This document shows, one piece after another, positions 26,870 to 39,470 of a stretch of 64,000 nucleotides of DNA. Location of the stretch: assembly GCA_047495785.1 (NCBI GenBank), contig JBLDXI010000033.1, positions 2,666,001-2,730,000 on the forward strand. Reading direction: 5' to 3'. Each line of letters begins with the position of its first letter. Positions within the stretch are counted from its first letter, which is position 1. The stretch is from Lepidodermella squamata (Eukaryota; Animalia; Gastrotricha). A model generated the notes under the pieces. That model was not told the origin of the DNA. It made no database searches and saw only the letters and a list, made by a program, of their open reading frames with translations. The position numbers were made by a program, and so were the translations under genes.

Positions 26870-29800
26870 ATGAACGCACTTGTAGCGCTTTTGTCAAATC
26901 TGATCGCGCATTTCGTCACCGGTTATAGCGTGCCGCAAACCGACGAGCAGCGTTTGGTGCGTTACCTAACAGCTAATTATTCCAGAATTGGAAAACCAGG
27001 CTCTTCGAGTGGTGCCGCGCTAATCGTGCAAACAAGATTCTTTCCGATTAAACTACAAAATTTATTGGAGAAGGACGAGGCGCTTCAAATGACTGTTCGA
27101 ATACAGCTGGTAGTTGAATTTTAATTTCATTTTTAATCTTGTAATAATATCTTCCCGATAGAGCTGGAAAGATCCCGCGCTACAATTTGATCCGGCAATG
27201 TTCAATAATCAGACTTCGGTGATTTTGCCCGGTGGCTCAGTATGGGTTCCTGACCTGCAGATTTCCAACTCCATGTCAGACTTATATGGCCTGCTGCGGG
27301 ATCCGCGATTCGACTTCAAAGTCTATAGCGACGGCTCTGTCTGGTGGCACCCGACTGGCAACATCGCCACTCGATGTGAAGTGAGCTATCGATTATATGA
27401 GAAGTCAGCTTTCATCCATCTTAACCTATTTCAGATTATGCTGGCGTATTTTCCATTTGATTACCAGGTAACCCGCTGCGGGTTTTGTTGCTATTTTCAT
27501 TTGTATCTCTTTGTATTTTAGCGGTGTCCTATCGTTATGGAAAGTGTAATTTACACACACAATCAATGTAAGCTTATCAAACCTAAAAGGAATCGAATCC
27601 TGTAACGATTTTATTTGTTGCAGTGAACTTGACATTACGCTACGACAAGACGCCGTTTAGCAAGTCTATGTATGCAGAAAGGTGAGAGCTTATATAAGGA
27701 ATAAAACCAAATTCAATTCGTCACTAAATTTACTTTTATTTGGGCTTGGGATGAGACTTTCGCAATTACGGCCAACGAACTAATACCCTTTGGAAATCAA
27801 AATAAATCTAGAATCTACAATATTTGAAAGTTTTAACCTAGTTTGGCTTTGACTCGGTTATGATTTAAAATGGAATCCTAAATATGCCGAAGTAGTTCGG
27901 CCAGGCATAGTGCGTGAGGCTATACAAATATTGTGTTGAAATAATTTGGTACCTGAAATTCGAAGTGATAACAAACAGCTTTTCTTGCGTTTCGAATGAT
28001 TTTTATTCATTCTTTTCTATTCCTATTTCGCAGTGGTCATTGGGATTTGCTATCGCTACGAGCTCGCAGCCGGCTAAAGTTCGTGACTAATTCGACAGCT
28101 TTCACCAGCGTTGAATTCTGGCTTTTCCTTGGCCGTAAAAGCGGCTATTACAAGCTGAACATAATATTTCCCTGTGGAATGTTGTCAGCTCTCCAGGTCG
28201 GTTTTGTTGAAATTTTCATGGAATATACACATCCTCCGTTTTGTTCAATTTCTAGATGCTGACATTTTTTCTCCCGTTAGAATCGTCCGAGCGGGTCCCC
28301 GAAGCCACTACTATCCTTTTGTCAGTAATTGTTTTTCAATCAATGATAATTCAGGATCTACCGCGCAGCAGCGATGCTCTGCCGCTCCTATGTAAGTTTC
28401 ATAAAAACAACAGCTTTTAGATACTTCTCGGAACAATAGTGTCAATCGATACCCCGATTAAGTCTATTTGGATTTCATTCATCGTACACTCACTTGCCCC
28501 AAAGGGCTTATGAATGGACGATTGTAAATGATTTCTCTACTGTTGTCCAAATTGTTCAATGTAATAAGCAAAATTTGACCTTAATTGCATTCCCTCGGGC
28601 AACACGTATCCATTATTTATTGCTTTGTTGTTATACGTAGGTGTCTACATCGACTTGCTGACTGGAATTAGCGTCATTTCAGGTGAGTTCGGCTAAGTTA
28701 TACTTTCCGGAGTGAGAATAAAAATGAAAAAATTATCAAATAATGATCAAATAAATTAAGGCTCCCGAAAGACGATGGACTATTTTAACTGTCTATTTTA
28801 GTTGCCACGCGAGTATTCAGACTCCAATTCAGGCTCGGTTTTAGTTTAGTTAGGGAAAACACACAAATTCACAGGAAATCCTAACACAATGAGCGGATAT
28901 ATCGCTTCCTCATATCCATTTGTTATGCCCTAAAAATATTATATTTCATTCTCATATTTGTTCAGTTGGCGAAGCTGTCCTCATCTCTTATCTGGTGTCA
29001 AGAAAACAAGAACGCCGCTTTTGTCCCAATTGGGCCGTCCCAATGCTCAAGTAACTTAGTAATGACCGAATGTAAAATGGCTAATTACATTTCCTGCAAT
29101 ATCTATAGGCTTCTCTATCGGTTACGAAATCGTGAGCCGCTGTACGATGCACCGTCGAAGGAAAGCAGCGATCTTGTGGAAGGATACAATAAGCCCCGTT
29201 TCGCACATCATTGTCATCATTGCCACCAAGAGAGCGAAATTTTCGAACCGAACGTGACAGCCCATCGGCGTCATTGCCTCTGGTGTCACGAGTACGTCTG
29301 CCCTCGGCATGCCGCTAACATTTTCACCAACGAATTCGCCGCCGATACGCATCACCATCCACCGGCAATCACGCGTCGCCGCAGCTCCGGTAGGCCTGCG
29401 AAGCCGACTGGTAATGGCTCTGTTTTGGGCGATCATCGTAAAGAATTGTTGCTGATGAGCCGACACGATGTATTTGATACTCCTGAGGCGCGTCGTCCCA
29501 ACAACCTGAAACTGACGAATCACGCGTCGATCAGCTCTGCCAGATCTCGTCCTGTCCTACTCGCGCCTTTGGCCAGACTCGACGGTGGCTCTGACTACGA
29601 CTCATCCGACTTCGAAATCGCAGGCAGCAGGTTCAAGCTTGCGTCAGCTCCAATCGTCAGGCAAATAGACGTGGCTGAGAACAGTGAGACAATGCCGATA
29701 CCATCGATTGGGCTGATTGATGACGACGAGGCTTACAGTCGCATTCGTCTGCCGTCGACGAGCAGCGAGAGCCCCCGGCAGTTGCCGCCGCGACCCCTCT

Positions 29801-30099
29801 CGCCACCTCCTCCGCTTCCTTCAATTATGACAAAACCACTCGGAAACCACGTTGGTCCCACTGCTATGACACCTGAGGAGAATCCGAGGCTGCGGCGGCG
29901 CCAGAAACGGGCACGCGAGTCTAAACGTCGCGAGGGCTCGGCATTAACTCCTATTCTCCTAGTCGACTTTGTATTTTTAGCTAAAGTTGTCGATTACGTT
30001 GCATTTGTGTGCTGCTTATGCTCTATCACCGGCGTACCCATCTTCCTGTTCGGCATTGTCCCACCAGACTCGCCAGACTACAACCTCGATACACGTTAA
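26870..30099 (+). CDS. Cys-loop ligand-gated ion channel subunit C (~10 exons)
   Basis: Signal peptide, WVPDLQISNS, Cys-loop CEIMLAYFPFDYQRC, M2 ERVPEATTILLSVIVF, long M3-M4 loop, M4 preceded by FLAKVVD. Confidence 0.9.
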
Positions 30100-30458
30100 T
30101 ATAACTCCTCCTTTCGATTCATCCTGGTTTTCTGATGATTTTTTCTCAAATAAAGACATTCGCTAGACGAACAAAAGCGTCGTTTTCGTTTCCAATAAAG
30201 CATATCTAATTTGGCCCAACTCCCAGCTTTTGAACTAACAAGATTGTCGCAAACGATTTACACTCATCCTGTATTTGTCTCGCAATTTATTATTTGCCGT
30301 TGCCGGGCGATGATAAAAATGATAGCACATATTATTATACCATATTTGATTTTTATCGACTAATCTTTTCAGTATGAGAACATTTTGATTGTAGAAAATT
30401 GAGAAATCAGGCGATTATAGGGACGCTCGCACCGCAGGAGAAGAAAGTTCAGGAAGGC

Positions 30459-33400
30459 TCACATATCGCTGACTGATGTCGGCGGTAGTATGCCGAAAAG
30501 GACAACCTAATTGAAGCAGGCAAATAAGAACAGTTGTTACGAAGAAAAGTGAAATAAACCTACCGGAACTACAATGACGACCAGCAGACATATCAGAAAC
30601 ATGAACGCATCTGGTATAGAAAAGGCAAATCAATACTTGACGCATTAGAATTCCTCCCAATCAATTTCATCATAATGTTATTTTTCTCAACAGTAAGGAC
30701 AATTATAGGCCTCGAATGTACCTAAAAGCGATTGATCTACGCAAATTGTGCAGCACTATCATCAGTGCCCTAAGCATCGCTGGAAAAATGTCAGAAAAAG
30801 GTCGCAACTTGAGTTGGGAAGTTTTAATTATATTTTCTCGAAAAACTGAATAATCAGCAGAATCTTTAAAATTGTCTAAAATAGCCCCATTCGCCCTAGT
30901 TTTGTAATATAAAAACGAACCGAGCACTCGCGCAAGATAAATCCAATCAAGGATGATGTCGTCGCTGTCGGCGGCTGGAAATGCAAATTGAATTAGAGCC
31001 AGAGGGGACCTAAAATGTAGGTTAACTCACAAGGCACGAAAAGAGAAGGCCGAGAACGCCGCATGCACGGCTGGCGAGGCAAACCGGGTAACAGGTTCAC
31101 GCTGCCATCCCCCTGGCTAGCTCGCCCAGCATCAGCGCTATTGACAGCATTCGCCGTGACAATGGAGGCATTTCTAGGAGGTTCAGAGTTCTGCCTCCTC
31201 GAGCTATTATTCGGTGATGGCGATGGTGACTCTCCCGTTAATCGCTTGTCAATCATGCTATACTCAGGCACTTTTTTCGGTGAAGAATCTGGTCGTTGCT
31301 GTTTCAACGCCAACGGAGGAGGCGCAGGCGAGGCGCCCAACCGCGGTAACGCTGATGTCTGCCATACGTCGTCCAACGAATTTGTATCATCGACGAATAA
31401 ATCAGCCTCGAGTGCACCGCCTCCTGGTATCTGCAGAGACGCTACCATGGACGACTGCATACCTACTGGCTGGTGGTGCACCGATCCGTACAGAGAAGAC
31501 ATCATAATCGACGAGTCCGGGTCGAAATCAGCCAGAGGCGCGTCGAACAGCAATGTAGTTGGCTGTGTGCTCGAGCGGGCGGTAGGTCGCCGCGATGAAA
31601 TACTCGGCGTGTCAGCGCCGCTTTGCCTAGCTGGCGTGCTGGCGCCTGATCCACCGGCGCCGGGCAAAAACTTGACGCCGCCATTTGGCGCAGAGCCAGG
31701 GAATTGCAGTGGAGCTTTGCGCCGGGCAGGCGATGACGTAGCATTCGCTCCTAAATTATTCGCATTCACGTTGTCGAGTATGATGGCGCCTGCTGACCCA
31801 GTTTTGCCGATCCGTTTGTTTCGCTTAAAAGCAGCATCGGCCGATCCAGCGCTGCCGCTGTTTCCTGCCCCGAAAAAGCTCGAAATGGCGAAAGAGTTGC
31901 GTAGGAATGCGAGCGAAGTTCGCTTTCGCTTGGCCCGAGGATTTTCGCTGCTGTTCCACTTGTATATGAAAGTAAGGAAGCCGTGCGCCCATTTCGGTGC
32001 CTTCGTTCGCATGCCCTTTCGCGACACAAGGCTGGCGACTATGACGGCCTCCGCAACTGCCAGTACACTGATACCAGTAAGCATGTCAACGTAGATACAC
32101 AGCAGCGGAATAGAATTTGAAGACCTGAAAAGCGATAACAAATGATTTTTTCGGCTCCGCTTGACCGCTCGAAAATTACCTTGGTAATTGATCAACGATC
32201 ATAGTTTGAAAGACAATTACTGACAGCAAAATTGATGTTGCCTCGGGAACTCGTTCGGTCGATTCGAGTGGGAAGAAAAATGTCAACATTTGCAGTCCAG
32301 AAAGCATACAGCACTGTGAAAATTCAATATAACTTCTTATAATTTAGGAACTGTACATTTTGAAATAACAGCCCGGGCTCACATATGTGTTCAATCTCTA
32401 AAAATTGAAAATCACAAAAATGGAACTCTTGGCGTGTTAACTATATTAACGAATGAGTTACTATTTAGTACTCTATTAAAAGCGATAAATTAGCCATCGA
32501 AGATTGAAAAATTATGAATCGGGAATTACCGGAAAGATAATGTTCATCTTGAAGTAAGTCGTCTTGCGGCCGAGGTACAACCAGAATTCGACCCGGGTGA
32601 ACGCCGTCGAATTGGTCACCCACAGAACTCGCGGCTGACCTGTCACCTTGAGTAAATCCCAATGACCTGATTCAGCATACTGTTGAAAACAAGGTTATGT
32701 AAATGACAATATCAAAACTTGAATAATGTCCCCACCATTGAGAGAGATACGGGTGATCTATCTGTACGAACTGTGAGGTTCAACTGGGTGTGACTATAAA
32801 TGGCTGATTCAAGCATTATCGGGCATCGCTGATCTAGAGTCATCAATATTGAACGTAAATTTATGTTTCTTATATTACAGTGAAATGACGTACAGTCAAA
32901 CGGAAAATACATTAGATGTAGTTCGCAACGTGTGACAAGATTGCCTGTCGGATGCCACCAAACCGATCCATCGCTATGAACTTTGAAGTCAAACTTCTGG
33001 TCTCGCAGCAGTGCGTACAGATCCGAGACACTGTTCACGATCTACAAACAAAAGTTAGCGCGTTAATTTTTGGATATCAGTTGGGATAGTAGTCGGAAAG
33101 TTAATTTTCATATACCGAGAAAACCCTGCTCGCTTCTGTGTGAAAAGATCACCTGAGAACTTGAATTCCCTGTGGAAAAGGTTCCTAATGTCTTAAAAGC
33201 TCTAATAGCAAACTTAGCCTTCGATGAGATAAAATTGCGATTAAGAAGGAAAACCCTGATCAAAAACACGCAATTCACAACAGCCCGAAATTTACCTGGA
33301 GGTCGGGGATCCACAACTGACCACCAGGAATCACAACTGTGGATTGATTGTTAAAATCACCGGCGTGCCAAACAAGCATCCGATCGCGCCAGGTCTAAAA

Positions 33401-33898
33401 CAATGTAATAATGCAATAGCCGCGAATAACCAATTAAGGGGATCTCAAACCAATTGTAACCGCATCGTCATTTCCAGGACTTCATTTTTTTCATACTGGA
33501 ATAAATTGAATTAAAATCGGTTTACAGCTAATTTTAAAGGAAGGTACAAACCATGTTCAGCAATTTAATTGGAAACAAACGCGCTAATACTAACACAGCC
33601 TCGTTTGACCTGAAACGAAGAATAGTCAGCTTGGTACAGAGAGGCGTTGGATATTATTGCTCACCTTGCAACAGGTCTAGCCACTTTGGAATAATTAGTA
33701 AGGAGATACCGCAACAGAAGGTATTCCTCGGATACACCTGTACCAATATGAATAATTTTAGGAGCAGAAATGTGTTGAAATCAAACCGTGTGGTCGCATT
33801 GCTAGTGACGTCAATTGGCCTGACGTAGTGAGAAAGCAGTGGATTGCGAGTGTCACTAGTATTACCCACACCGAGGGTTTTGTTCGCGTCGGCAGCAT
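30459..33898 (-). CDS. Cys-loop ligand-gated ion channel subunit D (~13 exons)
   Basis: Signal peptide MLPTRTKPSVWVILVTLAIHCFLTTSG, WIPDLQIVNS, Cys-loop CELHLMYFPFDYQRC, M2 ERVPEATSILLSVIVF, DWIYLARVLD then M4 ending VPVVLFGILPP like its paralogues. Confidence 0.88.
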
Positions 33899-35377
33899 GA
33901 CTTTGGCGCCGACTATTGGATAAAATCAATTCAGGTGACAAGACTCTTGTCAGCCGTCATTACCAAAGGTAACCGTTGCTTCTAATTTGAACAATCTATA
34001 AATTATAGCTGAACGCGAGTAGCTTGCAATCGAACAATATAATGTCCGCACGTCATAATGGGATTCAATACTGTTGCCAGCCGACGCAGAAGTCGACCAG
34101 CGTGAAGATCATCGCGCCGTGAAAAAAACGCTAATGGCTTAAAGGGTTCTGGAACACAACGAACACCGACAAGGAAATGTCAAGTATTATAGCAGATAAG
34201 TATAGTAAATGTTTAAAATTGTTATTAACTGTCCGGGGAATCTAAATCAGTTCGTACTCCGTGCGTCGTTATTTTTGGTATAATCGGCTCTGGAGCGAGG
34301 GGACAACGGATTTTTTCGCGGCGTGATGATTTCTCGCCGGTTTAACAATTCAACTGAAAAACTGTTGGCGCCTTAAAAGAGTCGTTTGCGAGCGGCGCCG
34401 ATGCTGATGCGTAGCGCTTTGGCTATGAAAGTAATCGACCATCAGCAGTGATGAAGGACGCGGATCGCCACCGCATTCGCGCAGTAAGTAAGTAAGTAAT
34501 TTTTTGTGTCTCCATAGGCCCACTCATCGTGTCCGCTCTGCTTGTACTTTTGTTTTCGCATGCTGTCTCATTCTCATCGCATTTGAGCGCCGCGTATTCG
34601 CGTGTATCGGCATTTCCTCTATCGCCATCAATATAGTGGCAATTTCGGCGCCTGTCGAAATAACTGTGCGCAGTAATCGCCGCTGCCGTGTCTCGATAAT
34701 GCGACAAATTGCAGTGTACGCGCGCACATGTCGCGGGCGAACGATTTCTTACCGCCGAGCAGCAATAATAATGCTATTATCCGTATAGCAGCAGCGATGT
34801 CTTCTGCAGGCACTGCTCGGTTGGTTAGTCAGAAAAAAGTGCCAAAACAACGGCTGGTTCGTTAATAGTTATGTAATGGCGCACGAAGCGTGCCTAACGA
34901 GGCGAAGACGCGCGGCCGCCACCAGCCGCGCCAATGACAGCACAGGATGTCCTCGTTCTTCATCGCAGCGATGAGTTTGATTTCGTTTGCGAAAGCATAT
35001 CATTATTGTTATTAAACCGATGCCGGCTGAGTGCTTTCGATCGCTCTATCCGTCAAACACAGCGCGTCTCCGGGGCCGCGCAATCAGCTGCAATCGTTTT
35101 TTCTGGTGATAACGACGAGATTTGTTGCACTCCCGGCATTATGCAACACTAGTAAAACACGCCGCGATTTTTCGCCCCATTTCTGCGTCTTTATTGTTTA
35201 TTATTATTTGTCGACAAACGTAATAAGAGAAAGAGAGAAAGCGATGAATCGATAACACTGGTGAGTAAAATTAAGTAGGTGTAACAAACAATAAGCATGC
35301 TACGTACAAGCAGGACTCGAGATTGAAATATATAAGTAGTAGCAACCGGGTTGGATTTTGATGTCATAATTCAGTGT

Positions 35378-37846
35378 TCACTTCCCCGTCGGATTTCCGG
35401 TGCCCAGGAGTGAGGCAAGAATAGCCGCTAGGTCCGGGAGTGGCATGGTGAGTTGGACATGCGCCTGGATGCCGAGATGGGAGACGTCCTCGGCGGCGAG
35501 CAGGCCGCACGCGACCATCTGGCCGACTATTCGAATGACTTCGACGTCACTGGGCCTCGCGAAACCGCCTTCGTCGCGCCACATCTCCATGAGCTCGGCG
35601 TGGAGTTCGCGGACCAGGCAGGCGCCGTGGTCGCGGCACTGCATGCGGCACACGTTGACGAGGGCGGTGAGCACGCGGCGCCACGAGATGGCGGTTTGGC
35701 GCACGAGGGCGAGGCGCGAGGTGGCGGATGAAAGCGAATCTGAGGCGGCGACGACGTCTTGCATCGTTGCCTGGTTTCGTGATTGCCTGATCGCCCTTTC
35801 GACAGCCAGTCGGCTATGATAAAATAGTAAATTATAAACAGTCCGAGTTCGTGAAAATCCAAGTCCAAGAATGATGGGTTCAAAGGCTCATTTTTCCAGC
35901 ATTTTACAACCATTGTTCCAGCTTAAAAGCCCACCCTCGAACACTAGCCCGGGACTATCTACGCCAAAGTAGCAGAAATGACCCGTGAGAAAAACTGAAA
36001 AATGCCAGCGAGAAGAGGAAACTAGGTCAAATTTTGGCACAGAAACCCTCCGATATGGAAGAACTTAAAAACGAGTATGATCCCAAATTAAATGATCAAT
36101 GGCTCACCATAATTCAAGAACACGCCGCGCATCACCCGATGCCATCGCAACCTTACGAGCAGCCAGAAGCACCGCGTCGTTGCTGTCGAAAACCGGGGCG
36201 GGCAGAGAAGAGAGACGAGCCCGCACGATGGACTCGAGTTGAACGTGCGTGTAGGGCATGAATGCGAGGCGGTGAAGACCAAGGCGACTAACCACTCGAA
36301 GGGGCAACGCGCGTTCCGGAAGATCCAGCGTATTAGCCACAGCAACAATGATGAGGCGGCTGACGGGGGTCGATGCCCACTCGAGCAGGTTGTACAAAAC
36401 ACGATTGGCACCAAAATTCGAGGTTCGTCTTGCCGCAGGCGCGGCTCCTCCTGTTCCGAAGGCTACCTGGTTAGCTGAAGTTGCTGAAACTAACGCATCC
36501 AATTCGTCGACAACCAGAACCGTCGGCAAAACACCGCCGAGAGACGATTTGCCGGTGAAGTAGCCGTTTAACGCATCCAGGGCGGCTTTCGGCCCGAGAG
36601 ATCGCTTCAACTTCTGCTGAGCAGTCGCCCCTCTCTTAGCCGGGGCACTCTTATTCGATGATTTCAAGAGCTGACGATGAACTTCACTGTAGAAGCGGAC
36701 AGGTGTTGCGAAGTGGAAGCCATTTACGGTTACAAGACGGAAACGCGGCAAATCACCGGTTTTACCGCCATGAGCCAACGATTTAAGACGTTCGAGGACA
36801 GCGCCGATCGTCGCTGATTTCCCGATACCAGGCACGCCGGCGACGAAGAGCGAGCCGGAAGTTCCTGACTTGAGGTGGTCCGATATGAATGAAAAGATCT
36901 CTTTGGCCTCGTGTTCGCGACCCAACGGTGCCCAGTTGGTTTTCGGGGCTACTTGACGCGAGAATTCCTCCTTGCTGATGTGAAGACGGTTGAGGGCGCG
37001 GACTAGAATGTTTTCATGCGCATCGTTCTCGTTGTCAACCCGCTCGTCATCGACTGAAGTCTCGTCCATGTCCGACGACCAAGAAGCTGGTGAAGAATTG
37101 ATGGTCTGTTTCACCGCTTTCGCCTTAGTTCCTGTTTTCAGCAAAGCCTTGCCCTTACGCCGTGGGGCTGCTGATTTCGGAGGCTCCGTGCTTGATGAGC
37201 CACTGGTAGACTGCTTTGTCGAGGGCCGGCCTCGGCGTCCAGTTGTTGGCGGGGCGACTTCAACGGCCATTGACTTGCGAGTGGTCGGTGTTTTGCCAGC
37301 CCGAGTCACCACCGGCATAGGTTCTGGTGAGTCTTCAATCCTATTCCTGGACTTGGCTCGAGTTGACGGAGTAATCGCGCTTCTTTTGCGAGGGGAGCAC
37401 ATAACTTCAGACGCAACAGATTCATCGCTTGAAGAAGATGAAGATTCACAAGATGCACTGGCAGACTCTTCCACTTTGTAGGCAGCGATCCCTGTTTTCC
37501 GCTTCGGCGTCTGGCGAAGAATTCGAGGGGCCGTTTTAGGGGCAGCTGCGACTGGCAGCAACCGCCTCGTTGTGTTTGCCGCAGCAGCAACAGCACTTGT
37601 CCCAACCGTACTTTTTCGACCAAGGCTGCGAGACCGGGTAGAAGGGGTCGACGGTGGCGATTCAATTTTTTTCGATACGGGAATTTGAACTGGAATGTTC
37701 ATAACGTTGCTCGAACGCAAGCCACGAACTGGTTTGTTGTCTTTGGCAGCAGCAGCAGTTGTGGCTGTCTTCTTTGGAGCCGCCGCAGTTGCAGCAGTCA
37801 CCGGGGTATTTTCATCCGGGCACATCGTCCTCGCAGTTCGTCCCAT
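35378..37846 (-). CDS. ORC1: Origin recognition complex subunit 1 (ORC1/CDC6 AAA+ family), 2 exons
   Basis: Walker A GVPGIGKS, Walker B VVDELD, YNLLEW, VANTLDLPER, SRLGLHRLAFMPY, ARKVAMASGDARRVLELC (ORC1-type). An intron ~36106-35814 leads to a winged-helix-like last exon. Confidence 0.88.
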
Positions 37847-38072
37847 GGATTGGCTTCGATTGCGAATAAATGATCTATAGTAGAAGAAGAATTCAACACA
37901 GACACGTCAATAAGCTTGACTGTATTAACAGGAACCACACAAGACAAACAAAGATATATTGCCATAAAACTGAGCATTAAATCGCACCAATAAGCTAAAA
38001 TTGTTACAAGTTAGTAAAATCTGCATGCTCGATTGCTGCGATTCCATTAACTAAAACATTTGAACGGCTATC

Positions 38073-39090
38073 TTACGGAAGCTGAGGCACGGGCTGTGGC
38101 GACATGAATGACCTGGCTTTCTCCTTTTCCACCTGCTGACTCGAAGTCGATTCCTTCGTAAATTTGTCTGCAAATAATCAAACGATTCTATTGAAACAAC
38201 ATATTTGAGATGCACAAATTTTCATACCAAAACTGATTTGCTCCAGGCGAACTACTGGTTTAAACACTGTCAGCTTAGCATCTTTGATTTCGGGCTTTTT
38301 CAGCATCCTGCTTGCTCAATGTGACTCAATCAAATAACAAACAATGATGAAGCTAAAGATGTAGAAAAAATCCTTTACTGGATAACTATTACAAAAAATG
38401 AAGCAGTAACAAAAACAAAGAAAGAATTCAAAGCTAAAAGACAGATTTTTTGTTCTGACGGAGAAATTCAAGCGGTAGGTTCCGAGCAAACCTAAAACAG
38501 CAAGAGGATTAACACGAAATTAGGTATAGCAAATTATTACTGAGCTCTGGGTAACATCAAATCCAGGAATGGAAACATCACTGGTCGCTTCAGAATCGAA
38601 TGAATCGTCTTCGTTGTCAAATGTCGGTGCCGGTAGGCAAATTTCACTTTTCTTCGGTGTCTTCCGCTGGGAACCCTCATCGAAATAGGATAAGTTTGGA
38701 ATATCCTGGCAATCGCGCGTCAGAGGTTTGTTTTCGATCAAATTGACAATGGTTTTGTCCGGGATTTTAATCAGCGATCGCTTTGTTCCCTGTTTTCGAC
38801 TCACATTGGGCTCTGCTTTCTGTTTTACTTCTGCACAGGAAATTCATCAAGATAATATAAATATTAGTTTCTTACTATTTTTACGAGTTGAGCTGGCAGA
38901 AGACGGACCTTGCGGTTGTACAGTATCGAGTAAAACGACTGGCTTTAAATATGCCAACTTTAAATCCAGCTTTTGAACGACAACTCGACAATCTGACGAT
39001 GTTTCCACAGCTAATTGCTCATCTTCATGGTTGATTTCAAAGATTTAAGCAAGACTTACGCAATTTCTTCTTTGACCTTGTATTCGCCAT
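38073..39090 (-). CDS. Orphan small disordered protein with two PxVxL motifs (~5 exons)
   Basis: ATG 39090 (MANTRSKKKL); GT-AG introns join in-frame exons containing KPVVLLD and KPVVRLE; stop at 38073. An alternative acceptor would end the protein at ~38468. Confidence 0.5.
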
Positions 39091-39470
39091 CAGTTAGATT
39101 TATCAAGCTGAGTTGAACAAAACTCTATCATTTCAATTATATATAAATATCAGTACGGCAAGTACTATAGATTGATTTGATGTCTACGTTAAGAGATACT
39201 GCAGCATTCAACCGGTCTCTGCCGAGGACCCCGGGTGTAAATAAGAGAAAATATTAGATAAGTTTTCTTTCGTCCGAGGAAGGATGGATGAAGCAGATCT
39301 GAGAGATTTTCCTAGCCCATCATGTTTCCTAGCCCATCACTTGTGCAACCAGATATGACAGTCGCGGGAAGAGAAATATATCTCATTATCGATGGCCTCA
39401 GTCATTTCGTTGGTATAAGTAAGTATACGTGATATTATTCGCGAGGCGATAATTTTCGCGAATTTCGCGA

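Noticed and set aside
31063-32094. 343-aa + strand ORF antisense to channel D, and similar antisense ORFs over MDC1, ORC1, vasa and NIPP1
   Set aside because: Shadow ORFs of GC-rich low-complexity coding exons; no domain signal of their own.
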